DNA from: an uncultured virus (IMG/VR IMGVR_UViG_3300042868_008205)
Lineage: Duplodnaviria > Heunggongvirae > Uroviricota > Caudoviricetes
Length of the DNA stretch: 64,000 nucleotides
IMG/VR virus record: IMGVR_UViG_3300042868_008205
Location: 1-64,000 of that record
Strand: one strand, 5' to 3'
The translations under genes and the position numbers were made by a program. This document shows positions 56,481-64,000 of the stretch, one piece after another. The number at the start of each line of letters is the position of its first letter. Position 1 is the stretch's first letter. The notes below the pieces were generated by a model. It was not told the DNA's origin and did not search any database. It saw only the letters and a list, made by a program, of their open reading frames with translations.

Positions 56481-58232
56481 ATGGAGATAAGTTTAGAGTC
56501 AAGAGCAATGATAATTCTTGAAACTTACGAGGGTGGTAATAACCATATTTTGGAGTTAAAACGTAAATCACAGATTAACAAAAAATTCTACCCAACAAGA
56601 AGTCAATCAGAATATATTATATCGTTCCACGATAAGCAACCAAAGGTTGCAAGAAAGTGGGTAATCCTTGATGCCTACTTCGCTCAGAAATTAGCTGACG
56701 ATAAATTATACACCGAAATACCCGATAAGATTTGGGTTGAAAAACTTTTGGCGGATAAAGAAAAGGCTTACCATATTTGGGGTAAAGTTTTTGACACAGA
56801 AGAATTACACGATTTTTGGTTACCAAAAGCGGCAATCATTAAAGACAACTCAGTCAAAGATGTTGTAATTGATTATTCGAAATATTCTAATCGTCCCCCA
56901 CTTGAACATCAAAAAGAAGCAATCCAAAAATTAGTAGAAAACAAAAAGTTCATCTTGGCAGATGATATGGGATTGGGTAAAACCACATCTACGATTATTG
57001 CAGCATTAGAGACAGGAGCTAAAAAAGTTTTAATCATTTGTCCTGCAACTTTAAAGATTAATTGGAAACGTGAGATTGAAAACTATTCGGACAAACCAAT
57101 CTACATTGCTGAAGGTAAAAATTTTAACACCGATGCTGATTTTGTCATTACAAACTACGATATCATTAAAAACTTCCACGACCCTAAAAAGAAAGATGAT
57201 TCACAAATTCTTTTATCTAAATTTGATTTAGTTATTGTTGATGAAGCACACTATATTAAGAACGCTACAGCTCAAAGAACAAAACTAATCAACGACATTG
57301 TTAAGAATATTGATAGGATTTGGTTGTTAACTGGTACACCAATGACATCAAGACCAATAGATTATTTTAACTTGTTAAGTATTATTGATTCTCCCGTCGC
57401 CCGTAATTGGATGGCTTACGCAATTAGATATTGTCAAGGGTATCAATTTAATGTTGGTGGAAGAAAAATTTGGAATGTCACAGGAGCGTCAAACTTAGAA
57501 GAATTGAGAGACCGAACTTTAGGTTTAACATTAAGAAGATTAAAAGAAAATGTCCTTGATTTACCTGACAAGATAATCACACCCGTTTACTTAAGATTAA
57601 AGTCAAAAGAGTATGAAGAAGTTATGGGTGAGTACTACGATTGGTATGACAAAAACCCTGAAGAGTCAAAATCGTTAACAGTCCAATTTTCAAAATTAAC
57701 TAAAGTTAGACAAATAATTGCCGATGAAAAAATTACTCAAACAATTGAACTTGCCGAAAACATATTAGAACAAGATAAGAAAGTTATTATTTTTTGTAAT
57801 TTTACCGATTCATTAAATAAGATTGCCGAACATTTTGGAAAAGCGGCGGTTAAGCTAAATGGAGCGATGTCAAAACCTGAAAAACAATATTCTGTTGACC
57901 AATTCCAAGAGAACCCAAAGATTAAAGTTTTTGTTGGAAACATTAAAGCAGCTGGTGTCGGGATTACATTAACGGCAGCAGAAGCGGTTATTATGAACGA
58001 CTTATCATTTTTACCTTCGGACCATGCACAGTCAGAAGATAGGGCATATCGTTACGGTCAAAAAAATAATGTTTTGGTTTATTATCCAATATTTGAAAAC
58101 ACAATTGAAGGTATTATCTACGACATCCTAAACAACAAAAAACAAGTTATTGCAACAGTGATGGGAGACAACTTAAACCCCGCAGATGCCGCAGAAGAAA
58201 TTCTACAAAGAATTAATAAGTTGAGACATTAA
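56481..58232 (+). CDS. SNF2-family helicase/ATPase (HARP/SMARCAL1-like)
   Basis: LADDMGLGKT, IVDEAH, LLTGTP, GVGITLTAA, QSEDRAYRYGQ. Confidence 0.93.
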   Translation: MEISLESRAMIILETYEGGNNHILELKRKSQINKKFYPTRSQSEYIISFHDKQPKVARKWVILDAYFAQKLADDKLYTEIPDKIWVEKLLADKEKAYHIWGKVFDTEELHDFWLPKAAIIKDNSVKDVVIDYSKYSNRPPLEHQKEAIQKLVENKKFILADDMGLGKTTSTIIAALETGAKKVLIICPATLKINWKREIENYSDKPIYIAEGKNFNTDADFVITNYDIIKNFHDPKKKDDSQILLSKFDLVIVDEAHYIKNATAQRTKLINDIVKNIDRIWLLTGTPMTSRPIDYFNLLSIIDSPVARNWMAYAIRYCQGYQFNVGGRKIWNVTGASNLEELRDRTLGLTLRRLKENVLDLPDKIITPVYLRLKSKEYEEVMGEYYDWYDKNPEESKSLTVQFSKLTKVRQIIADEKITQTIELAENILEQDKKVIIFCNFTDSLNKIAEHFGKAAVKLNGAMSKPEKQYSVDQFQENPKIKVFVGNIKAAGVGITLTAAEAVIMNDLSFLPSDHAQSEDRAYRYGQKNNVLVYYPIFENTIEGIIYDILNNKKQVIATVMGDNLNPADAAEEILQRINKLRH

Positions 58233-58273
58233 TCAACAACGGATTATTTATATACAACTGATAATCCAGAATA

Positions 58274-59812
58274 ATGAAAAAAACACAAGAAAAAATTCAA
58301 CAACTTGAAAAACAAATTCTCACAGAACAAGCGAATCAAGAGAAAGAGTTGTTGATTACAGAAATGAAAAGAATTGGAATAGAGAAATTACCTTATTCCT
58401 ACGCAGCCCTCAAACAATTTATTAATGCAGAGACAATGGACATCCATTATAATATGCATTATAAAGGTTATGTTAAAAAACTAAATGACGCTTTAGCAAA
58501 GAAAAAATACGGGGATTTAGATTTAGAAAAAATAATTAAAACCATTGGTCGTTTTGATAAAACAATAAGAAACAACGCGGGTGGAGCGTTTAATCACGCA
58601 TTGTTTTGGAATATGTTAACACCAACACCAAAAAAATTGGAGGGTGACCTTTACAAGAAGATTACAAAACAATGGGGAACTTTCTCAGGGTTTAAAAAAG
58701 AATTTGAAAAGATTGCAAAAGACAGATTTGGTTCAGGTTGGGTATGGTTAGTTTTAACTGCAAAAAATACACTTAAAATTATGTCAACTCCAAACCAAGA
58801 TAATCCGTTGATGAATGTTATTCAAGGCGGTGGATTTCCGTTATTAGGTTTGGACTTATGGGAACATGCTTATTATTTGAAGTATCGAAATAAAAGAGAC
58901 GAATACATTAAAAACTTTTGGAAAGTTGTTAATTGGGATTTTGTTACTAAAATGTATGAAATGAAAACTGAAACAAAATTAAATGAATCGGTTAATCTAC
59001 AGAATATTATCACCGAATCCACACACGTTAGATTTTGTGATGCTCAAGAAGTGAAAGCATATAAGGACTTAATTAATGATTCAAAAACAAAAAAAATATA
59101 TCAAGAGGGTATTACCAAGGTCTTAAGAAAAGTTTTTAATCAATTTTGGGTTGAGGGTAATTCAAAAGAAATGTCAGGTTTCTATGGTGTGGAAACAAGA
59201 GAAGGTAGGTCTGTATTAAATAATCTTAATACAAACTTTAATACATTTTGTCTATTAGTTAGGGCGGTTAATAAAGAAATTATGAGAATTAATAGACCCG
59301 AAAAAATCTTTAAATTTTATGATAAAGAAAAAAGAACGGCTAAAGAAGTTAATAGATTTATAACTGCATTAGATTTTTTCAGTAAAGAAATTTTTACAAA
59401 AAGGAATGACGATTTTATTAACATCATTAAAGTACTTAAGAAATTATGGGATAGAGGTCAAAAATCTGAAGATGATGTTTATGTTAAAATTGAAGAATAC
59501 TTTAAAGGAAATGCCAAAGTAACTAAGATTGGTGGTCACGGACAAAAAGAAGACGCATTAAAGGGTATAGATTTGATTGTTAATTTGGGGGGTATTCTAC
59601 ATACATCTCAAGTTAAACCATTCTCAAGTTTTGTAAAAACAGAAGAAATTATTGAAATGTTGGATACAGGAAACGTTAAACACTATAGTGTTGATTGGTT
59701 AATATTCATCAACCCAAAGACAAATAATGTTATGATTTTTGAAAACAAACCTATTAGTGAAAAAAACCAATACGTTTTTAAACTTGAATCGTTATTATAC
59801 GAAATAAAATAA
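58274..59812 (+). CDS. sodA: Fe/Mn superoxide dismutase (Mn-type signature) fused to a ~270-aa C-terminal domain
   Basis: LPYSYAAL, IHYNMH..YV, NNAGGAFNHALFW, FGSGWVWL, NQD, DLWEHAYY; extension contains EDALKGIDL...SQVKP. Confidence 0.9.
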   Translation: MKKTQEKIQQLEKQILTEQANQEKELLITEMKRIGIEKLPYSYAALKQFINAETMDIHYNMHYKGYVKKLNDALAKKKYGDLDLEKIIKTIGRFDKTIRNNAGGAFNHALFWNMLTPTPKKLEGDLYKKITKQWGTFSGFKKEFEKIAKDRFGSGWVWLVLTAKNTLKIMSTPNQDNPLMNVIQGGGFPLLGLDLWEHAYYLKYRNKRDEYIKNFWKVVNWDFVTKMYEMKTETKLNESVNLQNIITESTHVRFCDAQEVKAYKDLINDSKTKKIYQEGITKVLRKVFNQFWVEGNSKEMSGFYGVETREGRSVLNNLNTNFNTFCLLVRAVNKEIMRINRPEKIFKFYDKEKRTAKEVNRFITALDFFSKEIFTKRNDDFINIIKVLKKLWDRGQKSEDDVYVKIEEYFKGNAKVTKIGGHGQKEDALKGIDLIVNLGGILHTSQVKPFSSFVKTEEIIEMLDTGNVKHYSVDWLIFINPKTNNVMIFENKPISEKNQYVFKLESLLYEIK

Positions 59813-59830
59813 TCAATATATTTATTAGAT

Positions 59831-60955
59831 ATGCCAGTTATTCCAGAACCTGAAAGAAGTAAAATTTATACAAGGATTAAACACCTGTTAGGTGCTCCTT
59901 TAAGAAGTGTTGAAATTGAAGATGAAATGATGGATTCTTTGATGGAACTCTCTATTCAAGATTATGAACAATATGTTTTAAATTGGTTGATTGATAGTCA
60001 ATGGGTTAACTTAGTTAACTTAAATATGACTGAAAAATCTGTTGCCAATGCGTTAATTACAAGAACAATGGATTTTGAGCAACAATTTGCATACTCATAT
60101 TCTAAAATTGTTGGACTTCAAGCTCAAGGTCCTTGGGTGTTAAAAAAAGATTATATCATTCTTGAACAAAACAAACAAAACTATGAAATCCCTGCAGGGC
60201 GTGACATCAATGAGGTGTTATGGTTTAGTAATCAACCTTTTACCGCATTTGGTATAGGCGGATTCGGTGGTATGGGTGGTGGAGCAGGTTTAGGGGCAAG
60301 TGAAGCAGGTTTCGCCCAAATGGGTAATCAAGGTTCTTATTTTATGATGTCAGGTTTTGACTATCTAATAAGAATGCAAGAAGCAAACATTTTAAATAGA
60401 ATTCTTGGTGGTTCCTTAACTTATAGAATAACTGCATTACCTGATGGTAAAAAAGATTTACAACTTTATAACGCACCTGGTAGTCGTTTTAGTTGGAGTA
60501 ATTATAATTCATATGTTGGTAAAGCGGTTTGGTATTGGTATTACGAAACAACTCCTGATAGTAGGGCAGACTGTTTAAAAAATAATCCTGATGTTATTAA
60601 ATTACCATCGGATGTTCCGTTAGAAGAACTTACTTGGTCGGATTTAAATGTACCAGGACAACAATGGGTAAGAAGATGGTTCACAGCGTATGTAAAAGAA
60701 ACATTAGCAAGAGTAAGAGGTAAGTATAGTGGTAATTTAAAGACACCAGACTCTGAGCTTACAATGGACTATACAAGTTTATTAACTGAAGCTAAAGATG
60801 AAAAGACAAAATTAATGGAAGAACTTACAGGTGCTGAAGGTTGGTTAACAAGATTAAGACCTGAAAAAGTTATGGAAAGAGAAGCATTACTTGCAGAGAA
60901 TTTGAACAAACAAATGAAGTTCAGAGCAATGCCTCGTCAAATATACGTAATATAA
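59831..60955 (+). CDS. Neck protein / head-tail adaptor (T4 gp13-like)
   Basis: IKHLLGAPLRSVEIEDE N-terminus; WVRRWFTAYVKETLARVRGKY...LLTEAKDEKTKL. Confidence 0.8.
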   Translation: MPVIPEPERSKIYTRIKHLLGAPLRSVEIEDEMMDSLMELSIQDYEQYVLNWLIDSQWVNLVNLNMTEKSVANALITRTMDFEQQFAYSYSKIVGLQAQGPWVLKKDYIILEQNKQNYEIPAGRDINEVLWFSNQPFTAFGIGGFGGMGGGAGLGASEAGFAQMGNQGSYFMMSGFDYLIRMQEANILNRILGGSLTYRITALPDGKKDLQLYNAPGSRFSWSNYNSYVGKAVWYWYYETTPDSRADCLKNNPDVIKLPSDVPLEELTWSDLNVPGQQWVRRWFTAYVKETLARVRGKYSGNLKTPDSELTMDYTSLLTEAKDEKTKLMEELTGAEGWLTRLRPEKVMEREALLAENLNKQMKFRAMPRQIYVI

Positions 60956-60958
60956 TAT

Positions 60959-61294
60959 ATGTCAATAATAAGAACAGTACCCTCAACAAGGTTAATTAAC
61001 GGACAAATATTGGAAACATCTGAAATGGCAATCATTTCAGAAACAGAATACAAAACAAATGGTGAAGATTGTATCATTGTAAGAAATGTATTAAAATCCA
61101 CCATTACTTTAAATTCACATACTACTGACCATATTGTAATAAAATCAATGACTAATGTCACAATAAAACCTGATATTGGTAAAATCGACGAAGACTATGA
61201 TGAAATCGTTGCGGATAGATACACTTGTATTGAATTTAGATTTTGTGCTGGTAATTGGTATGTAATATCATCAGACGGTCTCAAGAACGCCTAA
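60959..61294 (+). CDS. Hypothetical protein
   Basis: 111-aa ORF starting 3 nt after the neck gene; convergent overlap with the polymerase 3' end. Confidence 0.7.
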   Translation: MSIIRTVPSTRLINGQILETSEMAIISETEYKTNGEDCIIVRNVLKSTITLNSHTTDHIVIKSMTNVTIKPDIGKIDEDYDEIVADRYTCIEFRFCAGNWYVISSDGLKNA

Positions 61295-64000
61295 TTTTTC
61301 TTCCCAACCCTCTTCAGCTAATTCATACATATAGTCAGGTTTTAAACCTCTCTTACCCCAATACGACATTTCAGCGTCAGTAATTGTTAATACATCCTCC
61401 AATTTATCTTGGTCTGAATCTTCAAATGGCATTCCATTTATTAACTCACATTGTGCCGTAGTAAATAAACCCCTATCTTCAGGAACATTAACGATTAACG
61501 CTTCCCTCACTTCACTCTTGAAACAAACCAATAATGGTTCAATTCTTTTATTGAATGTGGTAATTGCTCTTGGAACATTATAATCACCCGTTAAGTTGGG
61601 GTCATTATCCAAAATGTCTTTATCTAACATATAACAATTAATTTGAACTCCATCACCTTTCTTTTGAACATCTCCGTGAGATGCTCTAAGTCCATTGTTA
61701 ACATACATAATAACATCACCCAAACTCACATTTAGATTGTTTTGTAATGCAAGTTCCATGTGAGCCATTCTACTCATACTATTACCTGACTTAGTTTTCT
61801 CACTTAAACGTTTCTTATAATCTTCCATACTTAATTTAACTTTAGCTCTTTGAGCAATCTTACTTAACGGAATTTGTTTATCAAAAATTCTTTGTATGTA
61901 TTCATAATAATATTCCACAAATGATTTACCGTCACCTTCAAGTAACATCTTAATACCTTTATCCAAGAACTCCTCAATATACAATGGAAGTTTCTTTGAC
62001 TTGATACTATTACCTGTTAGTTTGATTTTACCTTTAGCATCCATAACCGCGTAGTTCTTACGAGCCAAGTTAATACAAGACGGCCAAACACCATCGGTAT
62101 CAAGTGCCATCTCACCTCTCATAAAGATATCGTTATACTCTGCAACATCGGCTTCAGGTCCGTAATATTCTTTACCTAACTTAACCTTCCAATTTAAACC
62201 ACGACCAACATATACCCTATCCTTTGCATCTGGCGGAGTTGAGAAGTTCACACCATCCGTATCCATAACCAATGGAACATATCCTTTGGTCATAAAGAAT
62301 TTAATCATTTGACGAAGATATTGTCTACCAGTACAAGTAATCTGTTCTCCCATATACATATCACCCCAAGCATATACCTGCGGGGCAGATAACGCACCGA
62401 ACATACTATTGATAAAGATTTTAATCGGTAATTGTTTATTACCATATGACTCAGATTTCTTTTTATCTATTTCGTAATATTCCTCGGCAAGTTGTTTGTA
62501 TTTGATACGGGTATCACGGAACCACTTTAACATTCCTTTCATTGCTCCTGTTACATCACAATCAGGAAATACATCGTGTACAAGCTGAATGGAGGGGTAT
62601 AGAGACGAAAAGTCCAACTTAAGAACGTCTTTAGAGTAACCAACCTTAAGTAGTCGTGAGAGACCTCCTACGAAGTCAGTCTTATCTTGTTTTGCAGGAA
62701 TAGCTAAACCATTTTTATATGACCAAGCTAGCATCAACATCTTCCATAATGTTGCGGTTCCCATTGTTGAAACCCTTTCGTATGTTGTTGGAATCATCGC
62801 GGCCAACAAAAACGAACCTTGATTGAACTCTTGGTCAACCTTTAGGGTTTCATCTAAGTCATCGTCAAGATACATCTCAACCAATTTATCACCACCAATC
62901 TTTGAATAAACATCCAATCGTTTACCACAAGCCTCATCAATAGTAACATCAGCGCCTACCTTCTTATAGTTACCATTTTTAGTATTTAACCAAAAATCTT
63001 CTTTCTTAGTGTAGAATGGTCCAATATCTAAGTGGTCAATGTAAACTCGGTCAGGTGCTTCAGCGTTAATATATTTGGTAATGTATTTCAAACCAGCACC
63101 TTTAATACTTGAATTGATTGCTTGTGCTCTACGAACCGCATGGATAATATCAATTACATTATAACCCCAAATTGAAGTCTGAGTAAATTTCTCAACCTCG
63201 TTTGCAAGTTTTAACATACTATCTTTTCGTGTGAATGAATGGTTGGGGTGCAATGACTTACAAATCTTCTTTGGGTCAATCTTTAGTATTCTACATCTTT
63301 CAAATATCCAATGCCAGTCAAAGTTCGCTGAATTGTATCCACCAATAATACTTGGTTTCAATTCGTCAATCACTCGGAAAAATTCAATAATCGCGTTCTT
63401 CTCTTCGGCTTCGTCCACACACTCAATAACTCTGTGATAACCTTTATTGGTTTTAATTCCAATCATAAAGATACGACCGTCTGCAGGTTCAAGAGCGGTC
63501 GTCTCTAAGTCATATACAAGTCTGGTTACCTCGTTATAGTTTTCAAATCCTTTAAATAATCTTTTTTCTTTTGAGATAAGGTATTGCTCAACAGGTGGAA
63601 GAATCATCACCAATCCTTTTGTTTTCTCACCCCAAGGGTCACAACCACCATCTCTAAAGAACTGAATGAGTTCTCTATAACCTTTTAAAGATTTAACCAT
63701 AAAGGTCATACCTTTTTCTAATCTTTCGTTTCCGTGTGTTTCTAATTTGTCAATTACAATTCCATGCTTTGTCATAGCCTCCTTTTGTGCTGACTTGGAA
63801 TTTTTATAAAAGTTGATTCCGTGTAAGTCACCTACCCAAGCGAATGGTGTAAACGTATCCTTACGGATTTCTTTTCCCTTACCAGGAATCTCTTTAATTT
63901 TGTAAATGGAGTTGGATGCGTAGTCAAATTCTATTGCTACGATAAATTCTTCGGGGTCATTCCCATGCAAGAACGATTCAATTTCTTCGTTAGATATCAT
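61271..64000 (-). CDS. polB: Family B DNA polymerase
   Basis: ExoI YDLETT, ExoII GYNSANFDW, DFSSLYPS, KIFINSMFG, MDTDG; ATG lies exactly at the window edge, so the start is unconfirmed. Confidence 0.95.
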   Translation of the reverse strand: MISNEEIESFLHGNDPEEFIVAIEFDYASNSIYKIKEIPGKGKEIRKDTFTPFAWVGDLHGINFYKNSKSAQKEAMTKHGIVIDKLETHGNERLEKGMTFMVKSLKGYRELIQFFRDGGCDPWGEKTKGLVMILPPVEQYLISKEKRLFKGFENYNEVTRLVYDLETTALEPADGRIFMIGIKTNKGYHRVIECVDEAEEKNAIIEFFRVIDELKPSIIGGYNSANFDWHWIFERCRILKIDPKKICKSLHPNHSFTRKDSMLKLANEVEKFTQTSIWGYNVIDIIHAVRRAQAINSSIKGAGLKYITKYINAEAPDRVYIDHLDIGPFYTKKEDFWLNTKNGNYKKVGADVTIDEACGKRLDVYSKIGGDKLVEMYLDDDLDETLKVDQEFNQGSFLLAAMIPTTYERVSTMGTATLWKMLMLAWSYKNGLAIPAKQDKTDFVGGLSRLLKVGYSKDVLKLDFSSLYPSIQLVHDVFPDCDVTGAMKGMLKWFRDTRIKYKQLAEEYYEIDKKKSESYGNKQLPIKIFINSMFGALSAPQVYAWGDMYMGEQITCTGRQYLRQMIKFFMTKGYVPLVMDTDGVNFSTPPDAKDRVYVGRGLNWKVKLGKEYYGPEADVAEYNDIFMRGEMALDTDGVWPSCINLARKNYAVMDAKGKIKLTGNSIKSKKLPLYIEEFLDKGIKMLLEGDGKSFVEYYYEYIQRIFDKQIPLSKIAQRAKVKLSMEDYKKRLSEKTKSGNSMSRMAHMELALQNNLNVSLGDVIMYVNNGLRASHGDVQKKGDGVQINCYMLDKDILDNDPNLTGDYNVPRAITTFNKRIEPLLVCFKSEVREALIVNVPEDRGLFTTAQCELINGMPFEDSDQDKLEDVLTITDAEMSYWGKRGLKPDYMYELAEEGWEEKLGVLETV

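Noticed and set aside
6426..63437. Numerous 60-150-aa ORFs nested in or antisense to long genes (e.g. 46276-46737, 47969-48325, 30594-30932)
   Set aside because: Fully or largely overlap well-supported genes, show no recognisable motifs, and mostly lack credible starts
1..64000. Stop-codon reassignment (alternative genetic code)
   Set aside because: Conserved genes are full length and tightly packed under the standard code
25567..64000. Inteins or introns in RNR, DnaB, RecA, SNF2 or PolB
   Set aside because: Lengths are ordinary, motifs are contiguous, and I saw no splice-junction or homing endonuclease motifs
1..64000. tRNA, rRNA or large ncRNA genes
   Set aside because: Intergenic gaps are short and AT-rich and I recognised no cloverleaf; a covariance-model scan was not run

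Overview
AT-rich, densely coding 64-kb segment of a large T4-like/jumbo myovirus, translated with the standard code and mostly on the minus strand. A Bacteroidota host is plausible (SprB repeats, A-rich leaders without Shine-Dalgarno sequences). Contents in window order: a giant Pro-free Gly-Ser/Thr-Ser repeat fibre gene missing from the ORF track (<1-6492); PT-rich and SprB-repeat fibre/adhesin genes; baseplate genes; a replication block (class II RNR, DnaB, 5'-3' exonuclease, RecA/UvsX, gp32-like SSB); baseplate hub, tube initiator, tape measure, tail chaperone, tube, a HAD phosphatase, sheath and neck genes; SNF2 helicase; a SOD fusion; family B DNA polymerase. Most notable observations: (1) a candidate programmed +1/-2 frameshift at UUU_UUU_CGC with an adjacent hairpin in the tail chaperone gene; (2) a SOD plus PD-(D/E)XK-like protein with candidate prohead-protease sites; (3) a TATTTAT(A) late-type motif, the reverse complement of the T4 late promoter, versus a TTG-N20-TATAWTTA early-type motif; (4) an unannotated ribbon-helix-helix-like gene with a palindrome, divergent from the sheath gene; (5) a probable ATT start for the exonuclease. 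All family calls come from motif recognition by eye; no database searches were run.
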